Position numbers and translations under genes: made by a program. From the NCBI GenBank assembly GCA_000004695.1, contig CM000155.2:192001-256000 (forward strand): a stretch of 64,000 nt of DNA, given 5' to 3'. Positions 38,589 to 51,922 of the stretch are shown in pieces. Within the stretch, counting starts at the first letter, position 1, and each line of letters begins with the position of its first letter. The stretch comes from Dictyostelium discoideum. Lineage: Eukaryota. The notes under the pieces were generated by a model. It was not told the DNA's origin. It did not search any database and saw nothing but the letters and a program-made list of their open reading frames with translations.

Positions 38589-41500
38589 TAAGTATTTTAT
38601 TTTATTTTTTTATTATTATTTTCAAATTCAAAAATATAATTTCATACTTACACAAATCTATTTTTATTTTTTTATTTTTGAAAAAAAAAAAAAAAAAGTT
38701 TTTCAAATGAAAAGATGGATATAACAAAGGCATACAATGTAACAGAGGAAAATAAAGCTTACTTATCTTGGAATAAACCTCAATTTACTACAAACTTTTA
38801 TTCACAAAAAACATGGGGTTTACCTCAAAAAGAAAAAGATGGTCCAGATAGTTCAGTTTTTGAAGCTTAGAGAGAAAGAGATATTAAAAAAAAACAAAAA
38901 AAAAAAAAACAAAAAAAAAAAAAAAAAACATATTTTCGCATTTGGCCTTGGATATCCAAGTTTATAATAACATACTAAAAAATCAAATTTACACACAGAT
39001 TTTAGGAATTATAAAATAATATGTATTTACCTTATTTAGGTGATTGATTTATTTGCAATAAAAAAAAAAAAAAAAATGAAATAATAAAATAAATAGTTAT
39101 TTTATATTTTTTTAAAAATAAAACAAATTATAATTAAATTTAAAATTATTATGAATTTAATGTTTTCTAATGGATATCATAATTTTCTATTGTTAAAGTT
39201 ATTATTGGTGGAGGGAGGGGGGGGGGGGTTACTTCTAGATTGGGTGCACCAATTGGTTCCCTATTTGTTGGCAGTGGTGTCACCATCTAATTCTCTAAAA
39301 ACTATTCTTTTTGTATCACCAACTAATTTAAAAGGGATACCCTCCTTGTTTATGAGTATATTGGTTAATTGAACAAGTTTTGATAGCTTTGCACATGCAG
39401 TATCTGCTTTTCTATTCCCAGTATTGATTGATTTCATACCCAATATAGTTTTATTCCAAAGCATCTTGTAAACCAACATCTTTTCTTAATTCTACACCAG
39501 CCATTTTATATTCTCTTGTGAATTTAATTAATACATTTTTTGAATGTTGACCATTGATTATCTTTCTTTTGTTCAACAATAGTTTTTTTAACTATGTTTG
39601 TTGCTGAATTTGTATTTTTTTTACCTTTGGTCATTCTATAGCTAAAAATGGTGTGAAAAAAATTTTCAATTATTTTTTTTTTTAATTTTTTATATAATTA
39701 TTTTTTTTTTATTTTTATATCACTATTTTTTTAATTTTTTCATTATGTGATATTCTTTTTTTTTCTTTCCAAAACATAAAAAAAAAAACCCAATAAAGTT
39801 AAAATTTTTTTTTATTTTCAAATAAATAAAATGACTTATCATAATCAAAAAAAAAAAAAAAACATATTTACACATTTGGCCTTATTTTCATTTAAAATCA
39901 TGATTGTAATCTCCCCTAAATTATAATAAAAAAATAATAGCAAATTGGTCATTTAATTAATTAATTAATTAATTAATTAATTAATTAATTAAAGAATAAT
40001 TTGGATGACAACATCATTAATTATAAATGATGATAGTTTAAGATATTATTCTTTTATTTTCTTTTCCTTAAAAAAAAAAAATCCTTTTTATTTAAGAAAA
40101 GATTTAATCTCTAATCATTGCATTTTTTTAAATAAATTTTATAAAGAAATAAGTTTATTTAATTTTTTTTTTTTTTTTTTTTTTTTTCTCAATCCAACAA
40201 GATATTTTTTTTTTTTAAAATAAAAAAAAATTCATGTGATTTTCAATAAAAATTAGATATTTTGAAAAAAAGAAAAAAAAAAAAAAAACAATGATTGTTT
40301 TAAAAATAGAAAATTGATTTTTTGTTCAAATTAACGAGATATTTTATATATATATTTTAGTAAATTTTTTTGATGATTATACGATAGTTTTTTTAAATCA
40401 CCTTCCAGATATTATAATAATACATACTAAAATAAAATTTTTTTAAAAAAAAAAAAAAAAAATATTTAAAAAAAAAAATATTTAAAAAAAAAAAAATTAA
40501 TATTAAAAAATGATTACCCAAATTTATAAAGTACTTATAAGTTGGTAGTTTGGGGGATTATATGATGAGATTCAAAAAAAAAAATAAAAAAAATAAAAAA
40601 AATAAAAATAAAAATAGGAATGGAAATTAAACTATTTTAAAATAAAATAATCTATGAATAGATTGAAACTCCCAATGTGGGTGATTCACTTAAAAACGCC
40701 CTGATAAACAAGAAACTTCAATTAAATAATAATAATACAAATTAAAAAAAAAAAAATTAATAAATATAATAAACTTACACATACACACACACACCTAAAT
40801 TATTTTCATTTTTCTGCCTTATTAACAATCAAAAAACATCACACAAATTGTGTTTCACATCTTAATTTGTGCTAAAAATTGATAATAGTGGTAGTAGTGT
40901 GGGCCACAACAATAATAGTAAATATAATAATAAAAAAAAAAATTGTGTAAAATGCCAAAAATAATAGCAATCAGTTTTTTCATTTTTTCAGAAAAAAAAA
41001 AAAAAAAAATGATTGTTGATATCGTTGTTATTTTTATTGTGTTGTTGTTATTTATTGAAAAAAAAAAAAAAAAATTGATTGGATTGTAAAGTGGTATTAA
41101 TATAGAATTTCATATAAAAACATACATATATTGCAATATTGATGAAAATTATTTTTCTAATTTTAGATTTAAAAAGAAAAAAAAAATAAAATCAGTTATT
41201 TTAATTTTTTTAAAAAATATTATTTTTTTCATTTTCTAAAAAATAAAATCACCTTTTGATTTAAATATTTTTTTTTTTTAATTATTTTTTTTAATTTTTT
41301 TTTTTTTTTTTTTTCTTGATTTAATTAATAATGGGGTGAAAAGTGTCTTTAGGGGTCTATTTTCATAAAAAATAATTTTTTGGAAAAAAAAGAGGTGAGT
41401 GGGAACACAAAATTATAAAATTTTAGGTGGGTTAATGATTGAATTAAATGTGCGGTGGTGATTTAAACCTCTAATCGTTGAGATTAAATTTAAAACAAAA

Positions 41501-42385
41501 CCTGTGTGGGTGGGTGTGAGATCATAATACAAAATAATAAATATATAAAAATAAATAAAATAACTGGTTTTGAAAGATTTTACGTTTTCTTTTTTTCATC
41601 ATTATTTATATTTAATTTTTTTTTTTTTTTAAAAATAAAAATAAAAAAAAAAAAAAAAAAATAGGAAATAAAATTAAAATAAAAAAAAATATTGTGTTCT
41701 TTATTCTTAATTATTTTTAATTTTAATAAATATAATAAATTAAATATTTAATAATTATTTTTATTATTAATTATATTTTTTTTTGAATTTATTAATTTAT
41801 ACAACTTATATTAAATATATATATGTACAATAAGGTAAGATTAAAAATATTCATCGTTGAAAAAAAAAAAATAATCATTTTTGTAATCTATAGATTCTTT
41901 AATAAATATCACTTAACCCCAAAAAATTTGAATTTCAAGACAATAATTTCAAAATTAATTTATAATAAATATAAAATAAATAAATTAAAAAAAAAATTAA
42001 AAAATTAAAAAATCACTATTTTTACCTGTAATAGTATTATTCTATCATCATATGATCATATAAAACAATAAAATATAAAAATAATAAAAATAATAGTTAA
42101 AAAAAAATAATTTATAATAAAAAAAAAAAAAAAAATAATTATATATATTTATCTCATGCACCACTTTTTTTATTTTAAAATAAATAAAAAAAATAATAGC
42201 ATTTCAATTAATAAACCCTTATAAAGTCAACATTTTTGTGTGAAAGTGTGGGGTGTTTAAAATTAAATGAAAAAAAATCATAAAATTAAAAAATCATTCA
42301 TATAAATAAAAATAAAAAATAAAAAATAATTTTTTAATTAAAACAAATAATTTTCCATTTTATTTTTTTTTTTTTTTGTTTTTAT

Positions 42386-42422
<37 letters not shown>

Positions 42423-43084
42423 CATTCTATTGTATAATTAATTTAATTTATTTATTTATTTTATTTATTTATTTATTTTATTTATTTATTTATTTTATTT
42501 ATTAATTTTATCTATTTAATTTTATTTTATTTTTTTAAATTCCGAACAAAGAGGTTCAAAGAAACGATTTATTTCGGTAGTGTATCAGTTTGATTTTTTT
42601 TTTTTTTTCCTTTTTTAAATTCCTTTCCTTTTTTTTTTTTTAGGATTTTTTTTTTTTTTTTGATTTAATAAAAATAATACCCAAAAACCCAAATTAAATT
42701 AAAAAAAATTAAAAAAAAAAATCTCTTTGCATCGCACTCGCAAAACAATAAAAAAAAACTTTGAAAAAAAAAAAAAAAAAACAATATGGCATTCATGCCC
42801 CCAACCAAAATTTTATCAAAAATATCAAAAAAAAACCAATAAAAAAAAAAAAAAAAAAAATATAATAAAAAAAAGACCATTCACAAAAAAGAAAAATTGT
42901 AAAAATGCCAATCTATTTAGGTCAACACCTAAATTTAGTAAATGAGCAAACAATAATTTTTTTTTTTATTTTTTTTTTTTTTAAAAATAAATAAAAAAAA
43001 AAAAAAAATTGTTTATCTTTCAAACTCTTTTAAATGAAAAAACCCTTTTTGATTTATTTTTTTTCTTTTAACAAATATTTTCAC

Positions 43085-43125
<41 letters not shown>

Positions 43126-43527
43126 AATAAAAAAACTAGACTGTCACTTTTTATAGTAATTCACTTTAATTGTTTTTTTTTTTTCAACAAATTGATGGTT
43201 ATATAAAACTTTTACACCTTTTTTTATTTTTTTTGTTTCCACCAAAGAAATAATATTAACATTTTTTTTTTTATTTTTTTAAAAAATAATATGTAATATT
43301 CCAAAAAAAAAAAAAAAAAAAAATAAATAAATAAATAATAATAACAATAATAATAATATATATAATTCTTAGATTATCATTATAATATTTGCACTCAAAT
43401 ATTCTTTATAAAATATATATTTTTCATAAAGAAGAAAACAATTCAATTTTATTTTATTTTTTTTTTTTTTTTTTCAAACACAAGAATATATACATAAAAA
43501 ATTAAAAAAAATAAAAAAAATAAAAAA

Positions 43528-44143
43528 ATGGAAGCACTTATACTTTTAAGTTCACAACAAAGTGGGTCAATTAAAAATAATTGTGCATCAACAAGTGATA
43601 TTGAAAATGTAGAGGATGACGATAGTATTGTTATAGTTTCAGATTCACCAACGTCGTCACCAGTAACATTATCAACCTCATCACCAGTATCATCATCTTC
43701 ATCATCCTCACCAATTTCAACATCTGTAGTACCACCAACATCATCATCATCCAATAAAAAAGCCAATGGATTATTTTCATTGATTGCAACTGAATTAAGT
43801 CAACTCGATCGTTCATCTCCATCTTCATCTCCAAATACACCAAAAACTCCAAAAACTCCAAAAACTCCAAAAACACCAAAGAAAACATCACCAGATTCAA
43901 ATGAAGCCAACCAAGAGGTACCAAAACAAAAAGAAGTTTTTGAACATACACCAACTACAACTTCCACCTCTACAACTCCAATAAAACCTGTAAAAGATCC
44001 AAAAGAAAAAGAAAAAGATTTAGAAAATGATAGAAAAAGACAATCATTCATGTTACATTGGAGATTTAAACCTTCAACTGCTAATAATACAAATAATAAT
44101 AATAATATTAATAATAATAACAATATAAATAGTAGTAGTAGTA

Positions 44144-44227
<84 letters not shown>

Positions 44228-44271
44228 TTAATAATAGTAGTAATAATAATAGTAATTGTAATAATAACAAC

Positions 44272-44311
<40 letters not shown>

Positions 44312-44588
44312 GTAATAATACACAACCTTTATCACCTACAACAGCATCTCAACAAGCAAATTCACAACAAAACCAACAATCATCACCTACTTCATCACAA
44401 ACTAATGAAACTAATGGTAATCCACCCGAGTTTAATAGAGGAAGAAGAAATTCAACCCCATCATTACAAAACTTTGTTTCTCATTGGAAATTTGATCCAA
44501 AAGCACATCAAAAACAACAAATACTTCAACAACATCAACAACAATTACTTTTACAACAACAAGAACAACAATTACAACAACAATTATT

Positions 44589-44679
<91 letters not shown>

Positions 44680-45131
44680 CTACAACAACAACAACAACAA
44701 CAACTACAACAACAACAACAACAGCAACAACAACAACAGCAACAATATTTTAGACCAATTTCTCCTGAACATATATATGAATCACCAAATGAAAATAATA
44801 ATGGTGGTTCATTCCAAAAACCAAATACTCATTTCCATCCATATAGTAGAGGCCCATTGGGATTGAATCTAAAAGGTGTGTCTGGCTCCCCCTCTCATTC
44901 TCCTAGAGTTTCCCAATCTCCAAGAGTTCCATCACATCCACACTCTGCTGATCAATCACCCTTCCACACACCAAGACAAACTGAGAGAAGATTGTCTCTA
45001 CCAAGTGTTCCATCTTATCAAGCAGCATATCAATCATACCAACAACAACATACTCAACAACAAACTACAATTCAACAACAACAAAACCAACAACATCAAT
45101 ATCAACAACAATATCAACAATTACAACAATT

Positions 45132-45211
<80 letters not shown>

Positions 45212-46039
45212 CGTCATCGCCACCATCACCACCATCGCCACAATCTCAACCACAAAATTCATCATCACCTCGTCAACCATCACAAACTCCACAATTTTAT
45301 ATACCAATATCAAATATACACCGTCATCATCAACAAATTCATTCACCACATTTATCTCCACATCCACCACATTCACCTCATATGCCACAATCTCCCCATA
45401 TGCCTCATTCTCCACATCTTATGCCTCACTCACCACATTCGCCTCATATGCCACATTCGCCTCATATGCCTCATTCACCTCATATGCCACATTCACCTCA
45501 TATGCCACACTCACCCCATATGCCACATTCGCCTCATCATATGCCACACTCACCTCACTATGGATCATCACCAAATTTAAATGGTGGAAAGGGTAGTAAT
45601 AACTTTTTACAATCAATACCGGAAGTTCCTTATGGTAATAATCTAACAAATTTAAATGGTAGTAGCGTAGATTCCTATTCAAATTCCTCTCCAACTCCTC
45701 AATCTCCACCTTTTTCACCTCATCATCAATCAACCATCAAACCTTGTATTATAACACCATCACCACGTTTATTAAAAACTCATAATGAAAACTATATGAG
45801 TTCACCAAGACAACCTTTGTCACCTCATAATCAACATGTATATTTAAGCCATTCACCATCTCCACCCCCATCATCATCACCACATGAACATTGTAATTAT
45901 ATTGATAAAAATGATGAGTATTATAGTAATAATAATAATAATAATAATTATAATAATAATAATAATAATAATAATGAAAATTGTAATCACTACCATAATA
46001 ATTCTTCATCTCATAATTATCAAACAAATAATAATTATT

Positions 46040-46100
<61 letters not shown>

Positions 46101-46287
46101 CAATAACAATATTATTAATAATAATATTATAAAAGAAGATAAGCTTCCATCAATGAGAGACTTACTTAGCCATTTAAATATAAATCATCAAGACGGTCCT
46201 AATAGTGCAAGTAGTACACCAAGATTACCAACGGATCATATTAATAATATAGATGAAAAATCAAAATCTAAATTATTATTCTTTTAA
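43528..46287 (+). CDS. Low-complexity N/Q/S-rich protein with (KTP)n, two HW(R/K)F motifs and about 12 tandem SPH(M/L)PH hexapeptide repeats, 919 aa
   Basis: Continuous ORF. It contains PKTPKTPKTPKTPK around 43840..43880, SFMLHWRFKPS and NFVSHWKFDPK, long CAA-encoded poly-Q, and SPHMPHSPHMPHSPH... encoded by imperfect 18-bp repeats around 45330..45560. No recognisable catalytic domain. Confidence 0.6.
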
Positions 46288-46854
46288 TTTAAATTAATAT
46301 ATAAAGCCGCCATTATATTGATAAAATATTTTCTTAATTTTTTTTTAATAAATTATCTTTTTTTTTTTTTTTTTAATTTTTTTCACCAAATATAATTTTC
46401 TTGGATTACCTTTTTTTTTTTTTTTTTTTTTTTTTTTGTCTTAATCATTAATGGAAAATTGCAAAAAAAACTTTATTTAATTTTTAAAATTTATATATAA
46501 TTTAATAGAATATATAGCCTTATTTAAAAAAATATTTTTATTTTTTTTTTTTAAAAATTTTTCCTATCCATAGAATATAGAAAAGGCAATCTTGGGGGTG
46601 AAAGGGATTGTGTATTGTAATTGTAATGGTTGTTGGAACTAATTGATTTTCATTTCTCTAATGGAAAATTTATAGAAAAGAATTTAATAAAACCCGGGTT
46701 TTTTTTGAGAAATGATTGTGATTTAAATTCTTTATTTTTGTAATTATCAACTAAATTAAGAGAAAAGAAGGGAATTAAGAGATTAAAAAAAAAAAAAATA
46801 AAAAAAAAAGAAAAATATTTCAAACCTTCCATATCTCTATTGATTCTTTTATTT

Positions 46855-46885
<31 letters not shown>

Positions 46886-47300
46886 TTAAAAAATCAAGAA
46901 AAAAAAATCTAATTCTAAAAAAGAATTACTAAATTTGGTTTATTTCCTAAAAATAAAAAAAAAAAAAAAAGATATTTTTAGAATTTTGTTTTGTTTGGAA
47001 TAAAAAAAAAAGTTCCATTTAAAAAAAAAGAATAAAAGAATTTTTTCAAAAATTAAATTATCAAAATTTCAACAGTGAGGAATTTTTTTTTTTTTTTTTT
47101 TTTTGCCTATATAAATTTTTTTTTTTTTTTTTTTTTCATTCATTATTTTAAATCCTTTCTTTGGGAAAATACCTATTATTTAACAACAAATTTATATATA
47201 TATTTTTTTTTTAAAAAAAAAAAAAAAAAAACTAAAAGTTAATTAAATAAATAAAAAAAAAAAAATATTTAAATTTCTAATTAATCATTATTTCTTTTTT

Positions 47301-47337
<37 letters not shown>

Positions 47338-47657
47338 CCATTTTTTTTTTAAAATTTTTTAAAATTTTTTTTTTTTTTTTTTAGTTCATTTTTTTTTTTG
47401 AAGCTACAAGCCTAAAGAGAAATCAAATCGTTTTTTATTCTTTTTCAATATTACAAAAAAAAAAAAAAAAAATAAATAAATAAAAAAAAAAGAACCTCAA
47501 AAGATTAAATTAGTTTTGGGAAATTAATAATATTTTTTAGAAAAAGAAAAAAAAAGATTTGATAAAACTTGACATTATATATATATATAAAATACTCATA
47601 TATATTAATAATTTACATTTTATATTAGTAGTAGTATTATTAAATATATAAATAGAT

Positions 47658-50499
47658 ATGTTTGGTGGTCAATTTGGTTCATTCGGTGCAAAACCAGCTG
47701 CAACTGCATCACCATTCGGTGCTCCATCCGCTGCACCAACAACTTCATTGTTTGGTTCAACAGCTCCATCATCAGGTAAGTTTTTTTTTTTAAAATAAAA
47801 AATCATAAAACAAATATATAAATTAAATATTAATACAAAGTTTCAATTTCAAATAATATTATTTTAGGATTTGGAGGATTTGGATCAACAGCACAGACAA
47901 CACAACCAACAACAGGTGGATTTGGAGGATTTGGTGGATTTGGAGGAGCAACAACTACACAGCAACCAGCAGCAAGTCCATTTGGTGGTGGAGGAACAGG
48001 TGGTAGTGGATTATTTGGATCATCAGCACAAACAACAACACAGCAACCAGGTGCAAGTCCATTTGGTGGTGGATTTGGTACAACTACTACAACAACTACA
48101 CAGCAACCAGGCGCAAGTCCATTTGGCGGAACAGGTGGTGGATTATTTGGATCATCAGCACAAACAACAACACAACAACAAGGTGCAAGTCCATTTGGTG
48201 GATTTGGAGGAGCAACTACAACACAACCATCATTATTATCAGGTGCCACTGGTGGTTTTGGTGGTTTTGGTGGTTCTACAACTTCAGGTACTCAATTAGG
48301 TGGTGGTGGTGGTGCAACAAGTGGTGCATTTGGTGGTTCATCAAGTCCATTTGGTGGTAGTGGTGGTGCAACCACATCAAGTCCATTTGGTGGTGGTGGT
48401 GGTAGTTTCGGAGCAACCACTCAAAAACAATATGGAACACCAATTCCATATCAACAAACTACAATTGAAGGTAATACATTCGTTTCAATCTCTGCTATGC
48501 CACAATATAACGATAGATCATTTGAGGAATTAAGATTTGAAGATATCACTCATAGAAAGGATATAGTTTATAAGACAGGTGGTGGCAGTGGTGGTGGTAA
48601 CTCATTGTTTGGTTCAACTCCAACCACTCAACCTTCATCACCATTTGGTGCACAAACAACAACTCAAACCACTGGAGGTTTATTCGGTGGTCAAACTACT
48701 ACCTCACCATTTGGTGGTCAAACTTCAGCCACTCCAGGTTCATCATTATTTGGTTCAACACAACCAACTCAACAACAAACTAGTGGTGGTTTATTTGGTT
48801 CAGTACAACCAACCCAACAACAAGCTGGTGGTGGTTTATTCGGTTCAATGCCAAGCACAGGTGGTTCATCATTATTTGGTTCAACACAACCAACTCAACA
48901 ACAAACTGGTGGTGGTTTGTTTGGTGCAACCCAATCAAATCAACCAACCAATTCATTGTTTGGTGCATCAGCACGCATCAGCACAACCAACACAATCATT
49001 ATTTGGTGGACAAACTCAAACAACCACTTCACCATTTGGTAGTCAAACCTCCACACCATTTGGTCAACCTCAACAAACTAATACTGGAAGTGGATTATTC
49101 GGTGCTCAACAAACTCAACAAACTAATACTGGAGGTGGATTATTCGGTGCCCAACCAACTCAACAAACTAGTGGTGGTGGATTATTCGGTACTCAACCAA
49201 CCTCTGGAACTGGGTTGTTTGGTACGTCACCAACAGCAGGAGGTACAGGTTTATTTGGCACAACACAACCAACATCCCAAGGTACAGGTTTATTTGGTAC
49301 AACACAACCAACAACTCAAGGTACCGGTTTATTTGGTACATCACCAACCTCTGGTACAGGTTTATTTGGTTCAACACCAACCTCTGGTACAGGTTTATTT
49401 GGCTCAACCCCAACATCTGGTACAGGTTTATTTGGTTCAGCTCAACCACCACAAAATCAACAATCTCAAACTTCACTCTTTGGTAATACAGGTACAGGTG
49501 CAACCAACACTGGCACTGGTCTATTTGGTTCAGCTCAACCATCATCAAACCCAGGTGGTGGTTTATTTGGTTCAGCACAACCATCAACTACTACAGGTGG
49601 TCTTTTCGGATCAAACCAACCAACAGCACAACCAACAACTTCATTATTTGGAAATACCACTGGTTCAGTTGGTGGTTTGGGTGCAACACCAAACATAACC
49701 AGTGGATTATTTGGTTCAAACCCAGCACAAACTGGTGGATTATTTGGTTCAACACAACCAACCACCCAAACTTCACTCTTTGGAAATACAGGATCAACTG
49801 GTGGTTTAGGTGCACAAAATGGTGGTGGATTATTTGGTAATCTTTCACAACCAACCGCAACTGCTGGTCAAGGATTATCAGGTGGATTATTTGGTAATCT
49901 TTCACAACCTACTGCAACCGCTGGTCAAGGTTTATCAAGTGGTGGATTGTTTGGTAATACATTATTAGGTCAACCAAGTACACAGGGTTTATCAAGTGCC
50001 CTTCCAACATTGGGTTTAGGTTTAATGGGAGGTCAACCACAACAAACTCAACAACTTCCACAAGGCTCATTGATGTTACAACAAACTCAACAACCACTTC
50101 AACAACAACCACTCCAACAACAACAACAACCACTCCAACAATCAACCATCCAATTAAATAATCAAATCAATTCCGCTTCACCTTATTTCCCAATTTCATC
50201 ACCAGCACCATTTGCAACATTTGTTAAGGATTTAACATCAACTTCAAAAGTTGTTTCACCACCATCTTACACTCAAAGATCCTTATCACATCATGGTTAT
50301 ATTCCAAAATCAACCACTAAATTAGTACCAAGAAGAGGCCCAAACAATGTAGATCTAGGTTTTTCAGTTATACAAAATCAAAATGGTTTATTCCCAATTG
50401 ATAAATTTATTACTAAACATTCAAAATCTTTAAATATTAATACTACAAATGAAACTGAAGATACTTTAAGATCATTAAATACAAAGAGTTCTTCATTAT

Positions 50500-50536
<37 letters not shown>

Positions 50537-51667
50537 TAGAAATGTTAATACAAATGTTAACGATTATCAAAATAATGGATTACCATCTTCTTCACTTTAT
50601 AATAGTAATATTAATCAATTAAGTAACAACAACAATAATAATAATAATATTTATAATAATAACAATAATAATAATATTAACAACAATAATAACAATAATA
50701 ATATTTCAACTCAATTTAATTTAAGAAATAATCAATCATCATCTGATAATCTTAATAATGATAAATCTTTATCATCCTCTTCATCAAATAAATCACAACA
50801 ACAACAACAAAAAGAACAAAAAGAAGAACAACCACCAAAACCAATTAAAGAAAAAGAATTTATAAATCCAAATGCACCAAAATTAACAAGAGATGGTTAT
50901 CAATGTGTCCCATCAATTAAAGAATTATCAAAGAAAACTGATAAGGAATTATCATCAGTTCAAGGTTTTACAATTTCAAGAGATGGTTGTGGTTCAATTT
51001 ATTTCCCTGGTTCAACAAATTTGGTTGCATTAGATTTAGATGATATCGTTGATATTGAACCAAGAGAAGTATCAGTTTATAAGGATGAAGAAACTAAACC
51101 AGAGATTGGATATGGTTTGAATCGTGATGCCGTTGTTACATTGGAGAATTGTTGGCCAAAGAATAAAAATGGTGAAGTAGTTAAAGAGGATGGTACCATT
51201 TTAGATAAATATGAAAATGCCTTAAAGAAAGTTTCTGCTAAATCTGATTGTGGTTTCGTTTCTTATTCAAGATCAAATGGTACTTGGGTATTCACTGTTA
51301 AACATTTTAGTAAATATTCAGCACCAGATTTTGATGAAGATGATCAACAAATGCAACAACAAACTCAACAAAAACAACAACAAACTCAACCATCAAAAGT
51401 TACATTTCAACAACCATCAACCAAATTGACTAAACCAAAATTCACAGCAAATCTCGATAATTTTGACTCTGATTCTGAAACAAGTTCAGGTGTAAGTATT
51501 TTAGATTTTATTTAAAAAAAAAAAAATCATTATTTACATTCTTGTACTTTGTATTCTCGTTACTATAATAACAATAAAATCAACAATAGTAATAATAATA
51601 ATAATAATTTCCCCCCGCGCAGTAATATTTTCAATAAACCCCCAAAAAAAAAAAAAAAAAAAAAAAA

Positions 51668-51737
<70 letters not shown>

Positions 51738-51880
51738 TTTTATAATATAATAATTTTTAAAATTTATAAATAAACACTCTTTTTTTTTTTAAAAAAAAAA
51801 AAAAATAAACCCTTCTTTTATTTTATTTCATATTTTTTTAATTTTATTTTTTTTTAATTATTTCAAATATATTAACAAAT

Positions 51881-51922
<42 letters not shown>

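Noticed and set aside
39150-39660. Calling the minus-strand short-ORF cluster a specific transposon or histone gene
   Set aside because: The three ORFs are in different frames, about 17-70 aa each, with no motif I can recognise. It is kept only as a possible pseudogene or element remnant in the findings.
48965-48984. Treating the 10-bp duplicated segment as a mini-intron or programmed frameshift
   Set aside because: There is no GT..AG and 10 nt is far below the minimum intron size. It is reported as a frameshifting duplication or possible sequence error instead.
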